In this document: positions 45,907-55,822 of the stretch, piece by piece | Layout of the letters: every line of letters begins with the position of its first letter | How positions within the stretch are numbered: position 1 is the first letter of the stretch | NCBI GenBank assembly: GCA_017451915.1 | Contig: JAFTNJ010000035.1 | Span: forward strand, 6,448 to 70,447 | Direction: 5' to 3' | From: Clostridia bacterium | GTDB lineage: Bacteria; Bacillota; Clostridia; Oscillospirales; CAG-272 | Length of the DNA stretch: 64,000 bases | Notes under the pieces: model-generated | What the model saw: the letters and a program-made list of their open reading frames with translations, nothing else | Told to the model about the DNA's origin: nothing | The model's database searches: none | Translations under genes and position numbers: made by a program

Positions 45907-48057
45907 ATGTCAAAACGGATCATTGCACTTCTTCTGTGCGCATTCATGCTCATTCCCTGCTTCGCATCCTGTGCGAAAAAGGACGAAGATGACGTAGGCG
46001 CATACATCACGATGTATCTGACCGACGACACCTTTGACTTTGACCCCGCCAACGCGTATTACAACAAGGATTCGATCAATATCATCGGCCTGCTGTTCGA
46101 TACGCTCTTTACCCTGGACAAGGATGGAAAGGTAAAGAAATCGCTGGTTGAGGAATACGAGATCATTGAGGACGTTGAAAAGAACGAATACTCCATGGAG
46201 CTCAAGCTGAACGAAACCTGCTGGAGCAACGGCACCCAGCTGAGCGCCGATGACGTGGTATTCGCTTGGAAGCGCTTGGTAAACTCCAATAACAACTTCC
46301 CCGCCGCCTCTCTCCTGTACGACGTGAAGAACGCCCGTGCCATCAAAGAGGGTGACGTTTCCATCGACGACCTGGGCGTTGAGGCAATCGCGCTGGACAT
46401 GGTGAAGGTAACCTTTGAGGGTCCCATCGACTATGACCAGTTCCTGCTGAATCTGACCAGCGTTGCTACCGCTCCCCTGTATGAGAACTATGTTACCAAG
46501 AACGCCGACTGGGCAAAGAAGCCTTCTACCATGGTAACCAGCGGCGCTTACAAGATCGGTAAGATCAACTACAAGGACGTTACCGAGCCTCTGCTCAACT
46601 CCAAGGGTGAAGTTGTAGAAGGCCAGGAGGTTCAGGTGAAGGTTCCCGATGACTACGCTTTTGACGAAGGCTACTACGGCATGGAAGAGGACGTAGAAAA
46701 GGGCACCATCGGCAGCGGCACCTACGTTCGCAAGAAGATCAACTTCTTCTACCTGGAAAGAAACGTTTACTACTACCGTGATACCGAGAGAGATTCCATC
46801 GACGAGTCGGTTACCAACTACCGTATTCTGGTGGATTGCACCATGACCGATGCTCAGCTCCTGGAGGAGTACAAGGCCGGCCGTATCTTCTACGTTGGCA
46901 ACATTCCCCTTTCCCTGCGCGGTGATGCCTTTGTAAAGGAAAACGTAAAGACCACCAACGCACTCTCCACCTTCGTTCTCTACATGAATGAGAACGCCCT
47001 GATCGATGACGGAGGCGACGGCTCCAAGCTGTTTGCCGATGCCAACGTTCGCAACGCGCTTTCTCTGGCCATTGACCGTCAGGCCATTGCCGAGGCAGTG
47101 GTTTACGCCAAGGCAGCAACCGGTTTGGTTTGCCCCGGCGTATTTGACACCAACAGCAAGAAAAAGGAATTCCGCACCGAGGGCGGCGATCTGATTGCCA
47201 CCTCCAAGAACCTTGCCAAGGCGCAGGAGCTCCTGACTGCCGCAGGCATTACCCCCTCCAAGTACACCTTTACCGTAAAGGTTGCCGGCAACGATGAAGT
47301 AAACGTTGCCATTACCAAGATGATCGTTGCCGCATGGCAGGAGCTTGGCTTTAACGTAACCATGGAAGAGATCTTCGTGATCACCAACAACGACTACTAT
47401 AAGGAAACCGACTCGGTTCCCAACGACGTTTGTGACGATCTGTTCATCGAATCCATCCAGAGAAACAAGTACGAGGTTATCGCCTTCGATTACAACGCTT
47501 ACTCTGCTGACGCTTACTCCATGCTCTCCAACTTTGCAAACTCCTTCTCGGGCATGGCTCTGCAGCTGGTTGACGGCGTGTATAGCCTGACCCCCAACAG
47601 CACCGGCTACACCAGCACCGAGTACAACGATCTGATGGAAGCCATCTACTACATTCCCTACTTTGCAAAGCTGACCGAGGATAGCTACAGCTTCCTGGGC
47701 CTGTACGACACCGCAGAGGAGTTCAAGACCCTCTACAACAAGATCAAGGCCATCTATGAGGCCAACGGCATTACCCCCTCCACCAAGCCTGCTGATTGGA
47801 CCAAGCAAAAGTCCACCCTGCTCCACAAGGCAGAGGAGCTGCTGCTGAAGGATATGCCCGTGATCCCCGTGGTATTCAATGAGAATGCCGTTCTGGTAAG
47901 CGACGAGCTGACCAAGGTATCCTCCACCTACTACATTCCCGCTTACTTCCGCAAGACCAACCTCAAGGATTATCAGGATTACGTTCCTGTCCTGGAGGGC
48001 TTCCCCGCAGTGGATTGGAGCAAGAAGGGCTACGTAGCACCCGAAGAAACCAAATAA
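45907..48057 (+). CDS. Orphan ABC substrate-binding lipoprotein, family 5 (peptide/oligosaccharide OppA-like)
   Basis: ATG 45907 follows GAGGAGGA. Lipobox FASC. About 716 aa. No permease or ATPase gene is adjacent. Confidence 0.8.
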   Translation: MSKRIIALLLCAFMLIPCFASCAKKDEDDVGAYITMYLTDDTFDFDPANAYYNKDSINIIGLLFDTLFTLDKDGKVKKSLVEEYEIIEDVEKNEYSMELKLNETCWSNGTQLSADDVVFAWKRLVNSNNNFPAASLLYDVKNARAIKEGDVSIDDLGVEAIALDMVKVTFEGPIDYDQFLLNLTSVATAPLYENYVTKNADWAKKPSTMVTSGAYKIGKINYKDVTEPLLNSKGEVVEGQEVQVKVPDDYAFDEGYYGMEEDVEKGTIGSGTYVRKKINFFYLERNVYYYRDTERDSIDESVTNYRILVDCTMTDAQLLEEYKAGRIFYVGNIPLSLRGDAFVKENVKTTNALSTFVLYMNENALIDDGGDGSKLFADANVRNALSLAIDRQAIAEAVVYAKAATGLVCPGVFDTNSKKKEFRTEGGDLIATSKNLAKAQELLTAAGITPSKYTFTVKVAGNDEVNVAITKMIVAAWQELGFNVTMEEIFVITNNDYYKETDSVPNDVCDDLFIESIQRNKYEVIAFDYNAYSADAYSMLSNFANSFSGMALQLVDGVYSLTPNSTGYTSTEYNDLMEAIYYIPYFAKLTEDSYSFLGLYDTAEEFKTLYNKIKAIYEANGITPSTKPADWTKQKSTLLHKAEELLLKDMPVIPVVFNENAVLVSDELTKVSSTYYIPAYFRKTNLKDYQDYVPVLEGFPAVDWSKKGYVAPEETK

Positions 48058-48067
48058 AAAAACTTCA

Positions 48068-48100
48068 AAGGAACCGATGCTGGCATCGGTTCCTTCTTTT
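48068..48100 (+). terminator. Intrinsic terminator of the SBP gene
   Basis: AAGGAACCGATG-CTGG-CATCGGTTCCTT followed by CTTTTCTTACTTTTTTT. Confidence 0.8.
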
Positions 48101-48122
48101 CTTACTTTTTTTCAAAAAACTC

Positions 48123-48151
48123 TTGCAAAAAGAGTTGGAATATGTTATACT
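48123..48151 (+). promoter_or_regulatory. Promoter TTGCAA-17-TATACT of the pheST leader
   Basis: TTGCAA at 48123-48128 and TATACT at 48146-48151. Confidence 0.6.
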
Positions 48152-48157
48152 ATATAA

Positions 48158-48418
48158 ATGTAGAAAGAAAGACCATGATGAAGTTTGCCAACCGTTCCCA
48201 AGGCGTTTCAGAGAGTGCCGCCCCGGCTGTAAGCGGCGTACCCTTTCGGCTTGTGCATTTCGCTTCGGAGTTGATCGGAGGAAAGCAAGACTCTTGCGTG
48301 TAGTTCGATACGGCCGACACCGTTATCCGTCAAAGAGTGTCGAAGGAATCTCCTTCGGAATTCGGGTGGTACCGCGAGCGTTTTTCGCCTCGTCCTGATC
48401 TTGGGACGGGCTTTTTTT
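48158..48418 (+). promoter_or_regulatory. T-box leader (tRNA-responsive attenuator) of pheST
   Basis: Conserved T-box AATTCGGGTGGTACCGCG at 48359-48376, an AGAGAG motif at about 48210, and a terminator (GCC-CGTCC / GGACG-GGC, 48387-48411) followed by T7. The T-box overlaps the 5' flank of the terminator. A candidate Phe specifier TTC lies at 48245-48247 but was not verified by folding. Confidence 0.85.
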
Positions 48419-48465
48419 ATTGCCCTGCCCGAACAAAGAGAAAAAAGAAAGGAAAAAACTGCAAA

Positions 48466-49479
48466 ATGAAAGAAAAGCTTGCCCGTATTCGGAGCGAAGC
48501 ACTGGAACAGATCCACGATGCCAATGCTGACCCCGAGCAGATCAAAATCAAATATCTCGGCAAAAAAGGAGAGCTCACCGCCGTCCTGCGCGGCATGGGT
48601 GCCCTGAGTGCCGAGGAACGTCCCATCATTGGTCAGCTTGCCAATGAGGTGCGTGCCGACATTGAAAACGCGCTGACCGTTATGGTGCAGCAAAAACAAG
48701 CCAAAGCCCTGGAGGAAAAGCTGAAGGCCGAAAAGCTGGACGTTACCATGCCTGCCAAGGCGGCGCCCGTGGGTCACATTCATCCCCTGACCCAGGTTCA
48801 GCGTGAGCTGGAGGATATCTTTATCGGTATGGGCTTCTCCATTGTGGAAGGCCCCGAGGTAGAACTGGATTACTACAACTTCCAGGCTCTCAACATTCCC
48901 GAAAATCATCCCGCCCGCGATACCCAGGACACCTTCTATATTGGGGAAAACGTTCTCCTGCGCTCCCAGACCTCTCCGGTGCAGGTGCGTACCATGGAGC
49001 ACCAAAAGCCCCCCATTCGCATCATCTCCCCCGGCCGTGTGTACCGCTCCGATGCGTTGGATGCCACCCACTCCCCTCTCTTCCATCAGCTGGAGGGCCT
49101 TGTGGTGGATAAGGGCATTACCATGGGCGACCTGAAGGGCACTCTTGAGATCTTTGCCAAGAAGCTCTTTGGCGAGAGCACCCGCATCCGCTTCCGTCCC
49201 CACCACTTCCCCTTCACCGAGCCCTCCGCAGAGGTAGACGTTTCCTGCTTTGTTTGCGGCGGCAAGGGTTGCAGACTTTGCAAGGGTGAGGGTTGGATCG
49301 AAATTCTGGGCGCCGGCATGGTGCACCCCTTCGTGCTCTCCAACTGCGGCATTGATCCCGAGGAATACTCCGGCTTTGCCTTTGGATTGGGTCTGGAGCG
49401 TATCGCTATGACCCGCTACGGCATCGACGACATTCGTCTGTTCTACGAAAACGACGAACGCTTCCTCGAGCAGTTCTGA
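48466..49479 (+). CDS. pheS: Phenylalanine--tRNA ligase alpha subunit
   Basis: ATG 48466 (MKEKLARI...). [19 protein letters not shown] and [11 protein letters not shown] motifs. The ORF-track start 48337 lies inside the T-box leader. Confidence 0.93.
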   Translation: MKEKLARIRSEALEQIHDANADPEQIKIKYLGKKGELTAVLRGMGALSAEERPIIGQLANEVRADIENALTVMVQQKQAKALEEKLKAEKLDVTMPAKAAPVGHIHPLTQVQRELEDIFIGMGFSIVEGPEVELDYYNFQALNIPENHPARDTQDTFYIGENVLLRSQTSPVQVRTMEHQKPPIRIISPGRVYRSDALDATHSPLFHQLEGLVVDKGITMGDLKGTLEIFAKKLFGESTRIRFRPHHFPFTEPSAEVDVSCFVCGGKGCRLCKGEGWIEILGAGMVHPFVLSNCGIDPEEYSGFAFGLGLERIAMTRYGIDDIRLFYENDERFLEQF

Positions 49480-49495
49480 TAGGAGGTATATTAAA

Positions 49496-51898
49496 ATGAA
49501 TCTTTCCAGAAATTGGCTTTCGGATTTCGTCAACGTAGACGAAATTGATAATAAAACCTATTGTGACCGTTTGACCATTACCGGCTCCAAGGTAGAGGGC
49601 TTTGAGGTTTTGGGCGACGACATTGAAAACGTGGTGGTTGCCAAAGTAACCGCTATGGAAAAGCACCCCGACTCGGATCACCTCTGGATCTGTAAGCTGG
49701 ATGCGGGTGACGTGCACGGACACGACATTCAGATCGTGACCGGTGCGCAGAACGTATTCGTTGGCGCATTGGTTCCCGCGGCACTTCCCGTGGCAAAGCT
49801 CCCCGGTGATATCGTTATCAAGGCAGGCAAGCTCCGCGGTATTGAGTCCAACGGTATGCTCTGCTCCATGGGTGAGCTGAAGCTCACCACCCACGAATGC
49901 CCCGGCAAGGAAGAAAACGGCATTCTGATCCTGGACGAGGATTGCGCCGACCGCCTTGGCGACGATATCCGTGACGTACTGATGCTGAAGGACACCTCGG
50001 TGGAGTTTGAGATCACCTCCAACCGCCCCGACTGTCTCTCGGTCATCGGCCTTGCTCGTGAAACCGCCGTTTCCTTTGATAAGGAACTGACGGTAAAAGC
50101 TCCCGTGGTAAAGGGGGCCGGCGACGGGGACAAGATCGAAAACTACCTGAACGTTAAAATTTCGGCTCCCGATCTCTGCTACCGCTACTGCGCAAGAGTG
50201 GTAAAGAACGTAAAGATCGCTCCCTCTCCCCTGTGGATGCGGATGCGTCTGCGCGCGTCGGGAGTTCGTCCCATCAACAACATCGTAGACATTACCAACT
50301 ACGTTATGCTGGAGTACGGCCAGCCTATGCACGCCTTTGATTACAAGTGCCTGGACGGTGCCGCCATCGACGTGCGTCGCGCCGGCAATGGCGAGGCCTT
50401 CAAGTCCCTGGACGATATCGACCACACCCTGGATGAAACCATGCTGGTGATTGCCGACAGCAAAAAAGCTTGCGCTCTGGCCGGCGTTATGGGCGGCGCA
50501 AACTCCGAGATCCTCGATGACACCGCAACGGTGGTATTTGAGTCGGCTTGCTTCAACGGTGCGTCGGTTCGTGTAACCGCCAAGAAGAACGGTATGCGTA
50601 CCGAGTCCTCGGCCCGCTTTGAAAAGGGTCTGGATCCCGAAAACTGTATGGCAGGTCTTGAGAGAGCCTGCGAGCTGGTAGAGCTTTTGGGCGCCGGCGA
50701 CGTGGTTGACGGCATCATCGACGTTTACCCCACCAAGACCGAGCAGACGGTTCTTCCCTTCACTCCCGCAAGATACAACGAGTTCCTTGGTATGAACATT
50801 CCCGAGGAGCATATGCTCAGCACGCTGAAGGGTCTGGGCTGCCGTGTGGAGAACGGAATGATCTACGTTCCCTCCTTCCGCGCTGACCTGGCCTGCATGA
50901 ACGATATTGCCGAGGAGGTCTGCCGTGTTTACGGATACGACAAGATCGAATCCTCTACCATGAACGCGCAAACCACCCTTGGTGGAAGAACGGCGAAACA
51001 GCAGTTTGAGGTAGACGTGGAAAAGGCGATGGTTGGCATGGGAGCCTCCCAGATCCATACCTTCTCCTTCATCAGCCCCAAATATTACGATAAGGTTCGC
51101 ATGGCCGAAAACGATCCTCTCCGCCGCTCGGTGGTGATCTCCAACCCCTTGGGTGAGGACACCAGCGTAATGCGTACCACCGCGCTCCCCTCCCTGATGG
51201 AGATCGTCGCGCGCAACAACAACTTCAACAACGAAAACGTATGCCTCTTTGAGATCGCCAAGATCTATCTCCCCCACGAGTCGGTCAATGAGCTTCCCGA
51301 TGAGAAGACGGTTTTGACCGTTGGTGCCTACGGAGCTACGGATTTCTACGCCATGAAGGGCATTTGTGAAAATATTCTTGCTATGGCAGGCATTAAGGCC
51401 ACCTACCGCTCCTACGGCGAGCATCCCGCATACCATCCCGGCAGATGCGCCCAGATCGTAGCCGCAGACGGCAGCGTGCTTGGTATTCTTGGTCAGGCAC
51501 ATCCCCTGATGGCAGACAATTACGGCATGAATATTCCCGTAATGATCGCCGAATTGGATTTTGACGGCATCTTTGAAAAGGCCAATATGAAAAAGGCCTA
51601 CAAGGCCCTGCCCAAGTACCCCGCCACCACCCGTGACTTCTCCTTTGTTTGCGATGAGGAGATGGAGGTTGGTGCCATTGAGGGCGTAATGGCAAAGGCC
51701 GGCGGAAATTTGGTAGAAAACATCGTGCTCTTTGACATCTACCGTGGAGCCCAGGTGGGCGAAGGTAAGAAATCGGTATCGATTCGTGTAACCCTTCGCG
51801 CCGCAGACCGCACCCTGACGGTGGAAGAAGCCGATAAGGTTTCCAAGAAGATCCTGAATGACCTGAAGTTCAAAATGGGCTTGGAGCTCAGAAGCTAA
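49496..51898 (+). CDS. pheT: Phenylalanine--tRNA ligase beta subunit
   Basis: 800 aa. AGGAGG RBS. Has the N-terminal tRNA-binding domain and the B3/4, B5 and FDX-ACB layout. Follows pheS by 16 nt. Confidence 0.93.
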   Translation: MNLSRNWLSDFVNVDEIDNKTYCDRLTITGSKVEGFEVLGDDIENVVVAKVTAMEKHPDSDHLWICKLDAGDVHGHDIQIVTGAQNVFVGALVPAALPVAKLPGDIVIKAGKLRGIESNGMLCSMGELKLTTHECPGKEENGILILDEDCADRLGDDIRDVLMLKDTSVEFEITSNRPDCLSVIGLARETAVSFDKELTVKAPVVKGAGDGDKIENYLNVKISAPDLCYRYCARVVKNVKIAPSPLWMRMRLRASGVRPINNIVDITNYVMLEYGQPMHAFDYKCLDGAAIDVRRAGNGEAFKSLDDIDHTLDETMLVIADSKKACALAGVMGGANSEILDDTATVVFESACFNGASVRVTAKKNGMRTESSARFEKGLDPENCMAGLERACELVELLGAGDVVDGIIDVYPTKTEQTVLPFTPARYNEFLGMNIPEEHMLSTLKGLGCRVENGMIYVPSFRADLACMNDIAEEVCRVYGYDKIESSTMNAQTTLGGRTAKQQFEVDVEKAMVGMGASQIHTFSFISPKYYDKVRMAENDPLRRSVVISNPLGEDTSVMRTTALPSLMEIVARNNNFNNENVCLFEIAKIYLPHESVNELPDEKTVLTVGAYGATDFYAMKGICENILAMAGIKATYRSYGEHPAYHPGRCAQIVAADGSVLGILGQAHPLMADNYGMNIPVMIAELDFDGIFEKANMKKAYKALPKYPATTRDFSFVCDEEMEVGAIEGVMAKAGGNLVENIVLFDIYRGAQVGEGKKSVSIRVTLRAADRTLTVEEADKVSKKILNDLKFKMGLELRS

Positions 51899-51973
51899 AG
51901 CAATGAAAGTTTTGATCAAACTTTTTTAAAAGTTTGCGCGGTGGAGGGCGCGTAGCCCTCCTCGCGCTCCGCA

Positions 51974-52006
51974 GAGCGCGAAACATCCTTCGGCGCTTTT
52001 CTTTTT
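51974..52006 (+). terminator. Probable pheT terminator
   Basis: GCGCGAA-ACATCC-TTCG(G)CGC followed by TTTTCTTTTT. It is preceded by two further hairpins at 51906-51924 and 51936-51967. Confidence 0.5.
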
Positions 52007-52059
52007 GTTAGCTTGCGTAAGGAGTTTTCACATTCTTCATTCCGAAAGAAGGAGTTGCC

Positions 52060-52995
52060 ATGAAACACATTGATTTAAACTTTTTCCCCGGCTGGGTTCG
52101 CAAGTCCATCACCTTTACCATTGATGACGGCAACCTGAAGCTGGACAGAAAGTTTCTTAACATTACCGAGCCTGCGGGACTCAAGGGAACCTTCAATCTC
52201 AACACGCCCCTCAAGCGCGGCACCCCCGAGGAATACGTGGCCTTCTATAAGGGCTACGAGATCACCAACCATTGCAAGTATCATCCCATGGCATTTTCCC
52301 CAAGAATGCCTCTTCGCCCTGTTGCGGAGGAGGCATTTGACAAAACGACCGCCAACCCCGAATTTCTTTATCGCGCAGAGGAGGACGGCGTTTATTGGGG
52401 AAGCGATGTCCCCCACAACAGATGGTGGCACGTTGCAACCGACGAAAAATACCTTGCCTGCGCCCTTGATGCCACCGAGGAGCTGGAAAACGTCTTTGGA
52501 AAAGGCATCATTCAGGATTTTGTGTGGCCCTTTGGCGCGCAAGAAAACGAAGTGGTGTTTGAGGGCTTGAAGAAGCAGGGCTACCGCTCGATCCGTAAGA
52601 CGGGATGCGTGAAGAACAGCACGAATTTTGCCCTTCCCGCCGACCGCATGGCCTGGAGCTACAACGCCAACTGCAACTGCATGGAGGAGTGCGGCGCTCA
52701 ATACGACGCCCTTGCCGATGACGGCGAGTTAAAGTTCTTCTGCTTTGGCGTTCACTCCCACGACTTTGAAAACGCCGACTGTTGGGAGGTCCTGATCGAC
52801 TTTTGCAACAAGTACGGCAACCGTCCCCATGACTTCTGGTACGCCTCGGTGGGTGAGATCTTTGACTACGAGGATGCCGTGAAGGCGGTACAAATCACCG
52901 ACACCAAGATCGTCAATCCCTCCCCCGTGGATCTCTACATCAAAATTGATGGAGAGAATATCAAGCTGGCGGCCAAATCGGAAATGATGATCTGA
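52060..52995 (+). CDS. Polysaccharide deacetylase (NodB-like) family protein
   Basis: TFTIDDG (NodB motif 1) and NHCKYH (His-His motif 2 spacing). GAAGGAG RBS. Confidence 0.6.
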   Translation: MKHIDLNFFPGWVRKSITFTIDDGNLKLDRKFLNITEPAGLKGTFNLNTPLKRGTPEEYVAFYKGYEITNHCKYHPMAFSPRMPLRPVAEEAFDKTTANPEFLYRAEEDGVYWGSDVPHNRWWHVATDEKYLACALDATEELENVFGKGIIQDFVWPFGAQENEVVFEGLKKQGYRSIRKTGCVKNSTNFALPADRMAWSYNANCNCMEECGAQYDALADDGELKFFCFGVHSHDFENADCWEVLIDFCNKYGNRPHDFWYASVGEIFDYEDAVKAVQITDTKIVNPSPVDLYIKIDGENIKLAAKSEMMI

Positions 52996-53000
52996 CATCA

Positions 53001-53047
53001 AAAAAAACGGGCTGCCTCAAATCGTTGATTTGAGGCAGCCCGTTTTT
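53001..53047. terminator. Bidirectional terminator
   Basis: A 16-bp perfect stem, CGGGCTGCCTCAAATC / GATTTGAGGCAGCCCG, flanked by A7 and T5 runs. Confidence 0.85.
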
Positions 53048-53051
53048 ACTA

Positions 53052-53555
53052 TTATTCCACAAAATAACAGTAATCCATAATAATATTTCCCTCCGCGTCG
53101 GGAGTGGTGTAGCGTGGACAGACACAGTTTTCAAACGACCATTTTCCGCCGTTTTCGTCCTTCCAGATCGTCATGCCGGCATCCTTTACGGTCTGCTTGC
53201 AAGCCTTGGTTTTGTGGACTTCCTTTTCATCACCCTGAATCCAACAGGTGCCCAAGCCCATGGCGGGAAAATCCACACAAGCAAAGCCCTCCGGAACCGG
53301 AGTATCGACGGGGGTAAACATCCCGATCCAATATTCAAAGGGTTGGTCGGCTGCGCGGCGTTCCAGCCCTACGTAACCGCCGCCGTTTTCCCAGAGTTTC
53401 AAAATCGACTCGGTACCGCCCATGGCGCGCTCGATCTCGTCGAACCAACCGTTTGCAAACCATTCGCCCCACCAAGGACCAAAGCCCTCGTATTTTTTGC
53501 CGATAAAGCGCATTGCGGGCACTGCTTCTCTGAATGTTTTTACGATGCTTGCCAT
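53052..53555 (-). CDS. GyrI-like small-molecule-binding domain protein
   Basis: ATG 53555 (MASIVKTFREAV...) follows AAGGAG and lies 4 nt after the AraC gene stop. About 167 aa. Family assignment is from general resemblance only. Confidence 0.5.
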   Translation of the reverse strand: MASIVKTFREAVPAMRFIGKKYEGFGPWWGEWFANGWFDEIERAMGGTESILKLWENGGGYVGLERRAADQPFEYWIGMFTPVDTPVPEGFACVDFPAMGLGTCWIQGDEKEVHKTKACKQTVKDAGMTIWKDENGGKWSFENCVCPRYTTPDAEGNIIMDYCYFVE

Positions 53556-53559
53556 TTGT

Positions 53560-54396
53560 TTACTCCTTCTTTTTGATCGGAACGTAGATGCGCTCCGAAT
53601 ATTTTTTGCTGGTTTCCACGTAACATTCCAATTCAAAGCCATCCCCACGCATATATCCGTTTTGGGGCAGCCACACCCGATAGATCCAATCCCAGGTCTT
53701 CCGTATGGTAGCTACAAAATCATGTTGTGTGGCAGGGGCCGTTTCAAACATGGCATACAAACCGTCCGAAATATTCAACGCCACCGTTCCCGAAATATCC
53801 CCCTGTGCCTCGGTGGAACGAACCCCAATATAATACTCCAGATTCTTGGTGTTGGAGTTCCATCGCATGGCACCAAAATCCTCCGTAATCTTTCCACCCG
53901 ATAAAATAAGGGACCTTTTTTGGGAATTGTAACGGTTCAAAAACAAGGGCGGCTCCTTTTGGTCGCTTGGATAGGCAAACAAGGAAAAGCGGTTGATGTA
54001 AACCAGAGAGACGGTTGGAACAGGATCGATCTGCGCAAAGGAAAAGGGCTCGTACAACCGCAAGCTGCAACCGGCAGAACGGAATTCGGTGGGCAAAATT
54101 CCATGCTCCTTTTTAAAGGCGCGGGTGAAATTCTCCTTGGAATTAAAGCCATACTCAAAGGCAATATCCGACAAGGGGCGATTCCCGTTACCAATGCAAT
54201 GAACGATCTCGGAAATGCGGCGTTTGCGGATATAATCGGCAGGGGTCAGATGAACGACCGCGCGAAAAAGACGGAGAAAATGAAATTCCGAATAGCCTGC
54301 CAATTTAGCAAGCGTAGCGTTATCAAGGACACCTTGATTGTCATCCTTCAAATGCTCCTCAATATAGTCCAGCACGCACCGAACACGCGATTCCAT
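53560..54396 (-). CDS. AraC-family regulator with C-terminal GyrI-like effector domain
   Basis: HTH region FHFLRLFR...NFTRAFKKEHG, then an approximately 150-aa effector-binding domain. Start at ATG 54396 (MESRVRC...). Confidence 0.8.
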   Translation of the reverse strand: MESRVRCVLDYIEEHLKDDNQGVLDNATLAKLAGYSEFHFLRLFRAVVHLTPADYIRKRRISEIVHCIGNGNRPLSDIAFEYGFNSKENFTRAFKKEHGILPTEFRSAGCSLRLYEPFSFAQIDPVPTVSLVYINRFSLFAYPSDQKEPPLFLNRYNSQKRSLILSGGKITEDFGAMRWNSNTKNLEYYIGVRSTEAQGDISGTVALNISDGLYAMFETAPATQHDFVATIRKTWDWIYRVWLPQNGYMRGDGFELECYVETSKKYSERIYVPIKKKE

Positions 54397-54500
54397 ATCT
54401 TCCCCGCCTCTCTGCTTCATCCAATGTAATGTTACAGACATATTATACTACTTTTGGGGCGTTGATGATTGATAAAAATTGCGTTTTTTTGACACAAAAT

Positions 54501-55061
54501 TCATTCTTCCGTCTTTTTGGGATACGTAATTGTATTGGGAATCTGTTTGATGTGGGCAAAGGTTTTAGCTTCTCCCTGCTCGGCAAGCATACGAAGCCAG
54601 GATTCGAGAAGATCCGCCGTCTCTGCGTGCATTTTTTTACGGGCGTTTCCACGCTGAAAATAGTCCAGCGGATGACGGTCGGTATAGTTCTTGCCTTGAT
54701 AGATCTTGCTCGCGGCCACGCGGTCACAAAACATTTCCTTAACGTAGCGCACGGGCATAGGAACCGGCTCGTACATCTTGGTGGCAGGGTTGAGATCGTT
54801 CCAATATTCAAAATGATGCCGATTTCGGCCCTTGTGATGGAGCCAAGCCGCGGAATAGCCAAACAGCTCCCGCTCCCGCTCGTTGGGACTGCGGCTCCCC
54901 TGATAGTACCGCGCGCCGGGCAAGAACTCGGTAGATGAATACTTGGAAAGATCGTGAAACAGCCCCTGCCAGCCGATCCCCGCCCGAAAACAATGGGCAA
55001 TAACCTTGTGGCGGTGGCGTGTAATGGTTCTGAAATGCAACCATGGATGGCTTCTTGACAT
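54501..55061 (-). CDS. Hypothetical protein (DUF5662-like; HDLSK and WLHHKGRNRHHFEYW motifs)
   Basis: 186 aa. His-rich motifs suggest a metal-binding helical protein. The family name is from memory. The competing frame 54443-55081 is Arg/Pro-rich and was rejected. Confidence 0.55.
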   Translation of the reverse strand: MSRSHPWLHFRTITRHRHKVIAHCFRAGIGWQGLFHDLSKYSSTEFLPGARYYQGSRSPNERERELFGYSAAWLHHKGRNRHHFEYWNDLNPATKMYEPVPMPVRYVKEMFCDRVAASKIYQGKNYTDRHPLDYFQRGNARKKMHAETADLLESWLRMLAEQGEAKTFAHIKQIPNTITYPKKTEE

Positions 55062-55087
55062 ATCCTGCAGATCCTTTCCAAAGAAAA

Positions 55088-55732
55088 TTATACGTTGGCG
55101 GATAGACGCGTGGTCCGATCTCCCATAAAATCGTCGCGGCCGTATTCCTCCAAGGTCAGTTCCGTGCCGTCAAAGCAGACCTTGGTAACCGAGGCGTTGG
55201 TGACCCAAGGAATCGTTTTGATCTCATCCGCCGACAGGTGCTTGCAATGGGCGGCAAGAACTCGAATGGGGGTGGCGTGGGTAAAGAGCAGGATCACCCG
55301 CCCCTCGTTTTCCTTGGCTATACGGGTCACCGCGGTAACGATGCGACGTTGCAGATCCAACACGCTTTCCCCGCCGTCGGGATGGGCGTTGCCAATGTCG
55401 GTCTTCCAAATATCGTAGCTTTCCCGATATTGCTCGGAAATCATGTCAAAGGGCACGTTCTCCCAGGCTCCCGCCATAATTTCCCGCAGGGCCGCATCCT
55501 TTTGAATGGAAAGCCCAAAGCGGTGTGCCGTAGGCGTAGCGGTTTGATACGCGCGGGACAGATCGCTGGAATAAATGACGTCCGGGGTCACGTGAGCGGA
55601 AAGAAAATTGGCGGTGATCTCGGCCTGTTCCCGTCCCGTATCGGTCAATCCAAGGTCATAGTGTCCCAAAAAAGTATTGCGGCGATTGGCCTCGGATTCT
55701 CCGTGGCGAATCAAATAGATGGTGGTAGTCAT
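55088..55732 (-). CDS. Histidine phosphatase family protein (phosphoglycerate mutase/CobC-like)
   Basis: LIRHGESEAN (RHG catalytic motif). 214 aa. Confidence 0.85.
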   Translation of the reverse strand: MTTTIYLIRHGESEANRRNTFLGHYDLGLTDTGREQAEITANFLSAHVTPDVIYSSDLSRAYQTATPTAHRFGLSIQKDAALREIMAGAWENVPFDMISEQYRESYDIWKTDIGNAHPDGGESVLDLQRRIVTAVTRIAKENEGRVILLFTHATPIRVLAAHCKHLSADEIKTIPWVTNASVTKVCFDGTELTLEEYGRDDFMGDRTTRLSANV

Positions 55733-55822
55733 GAAAGTGTGTTCCCTCCTTGCTTCATTCGCTCTATTATATCACATTCCCGGGATTTTTTCAAGAGTAG
55801 ATTCCTCTTGGCAGAAAAATCG

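Noticed and set aside
45910-47826. 638-aa minus-strand ORF covering the family-5 SBP gene
   Set aside because: Same antisense-shadow artefact. The sense strand carries the lipobox, RBS, promoter and terminator.
48337-48465. ORF-track start of pheS at 48337
   Set aside because: These codons lie inside the T-box leader, including the T-box sequence and the terminator. The real start is ATG 48466.
54443-55081. 212-aa alternative-frame ORF overlapping the DUF5662-like gene
   Set aside because: It is Arg/Pro/Gly/Cys-rich low-complexity sequence on the same strand in a different frame. The 186-aa frame has conserved-looking His-rich motifs and normal composition.
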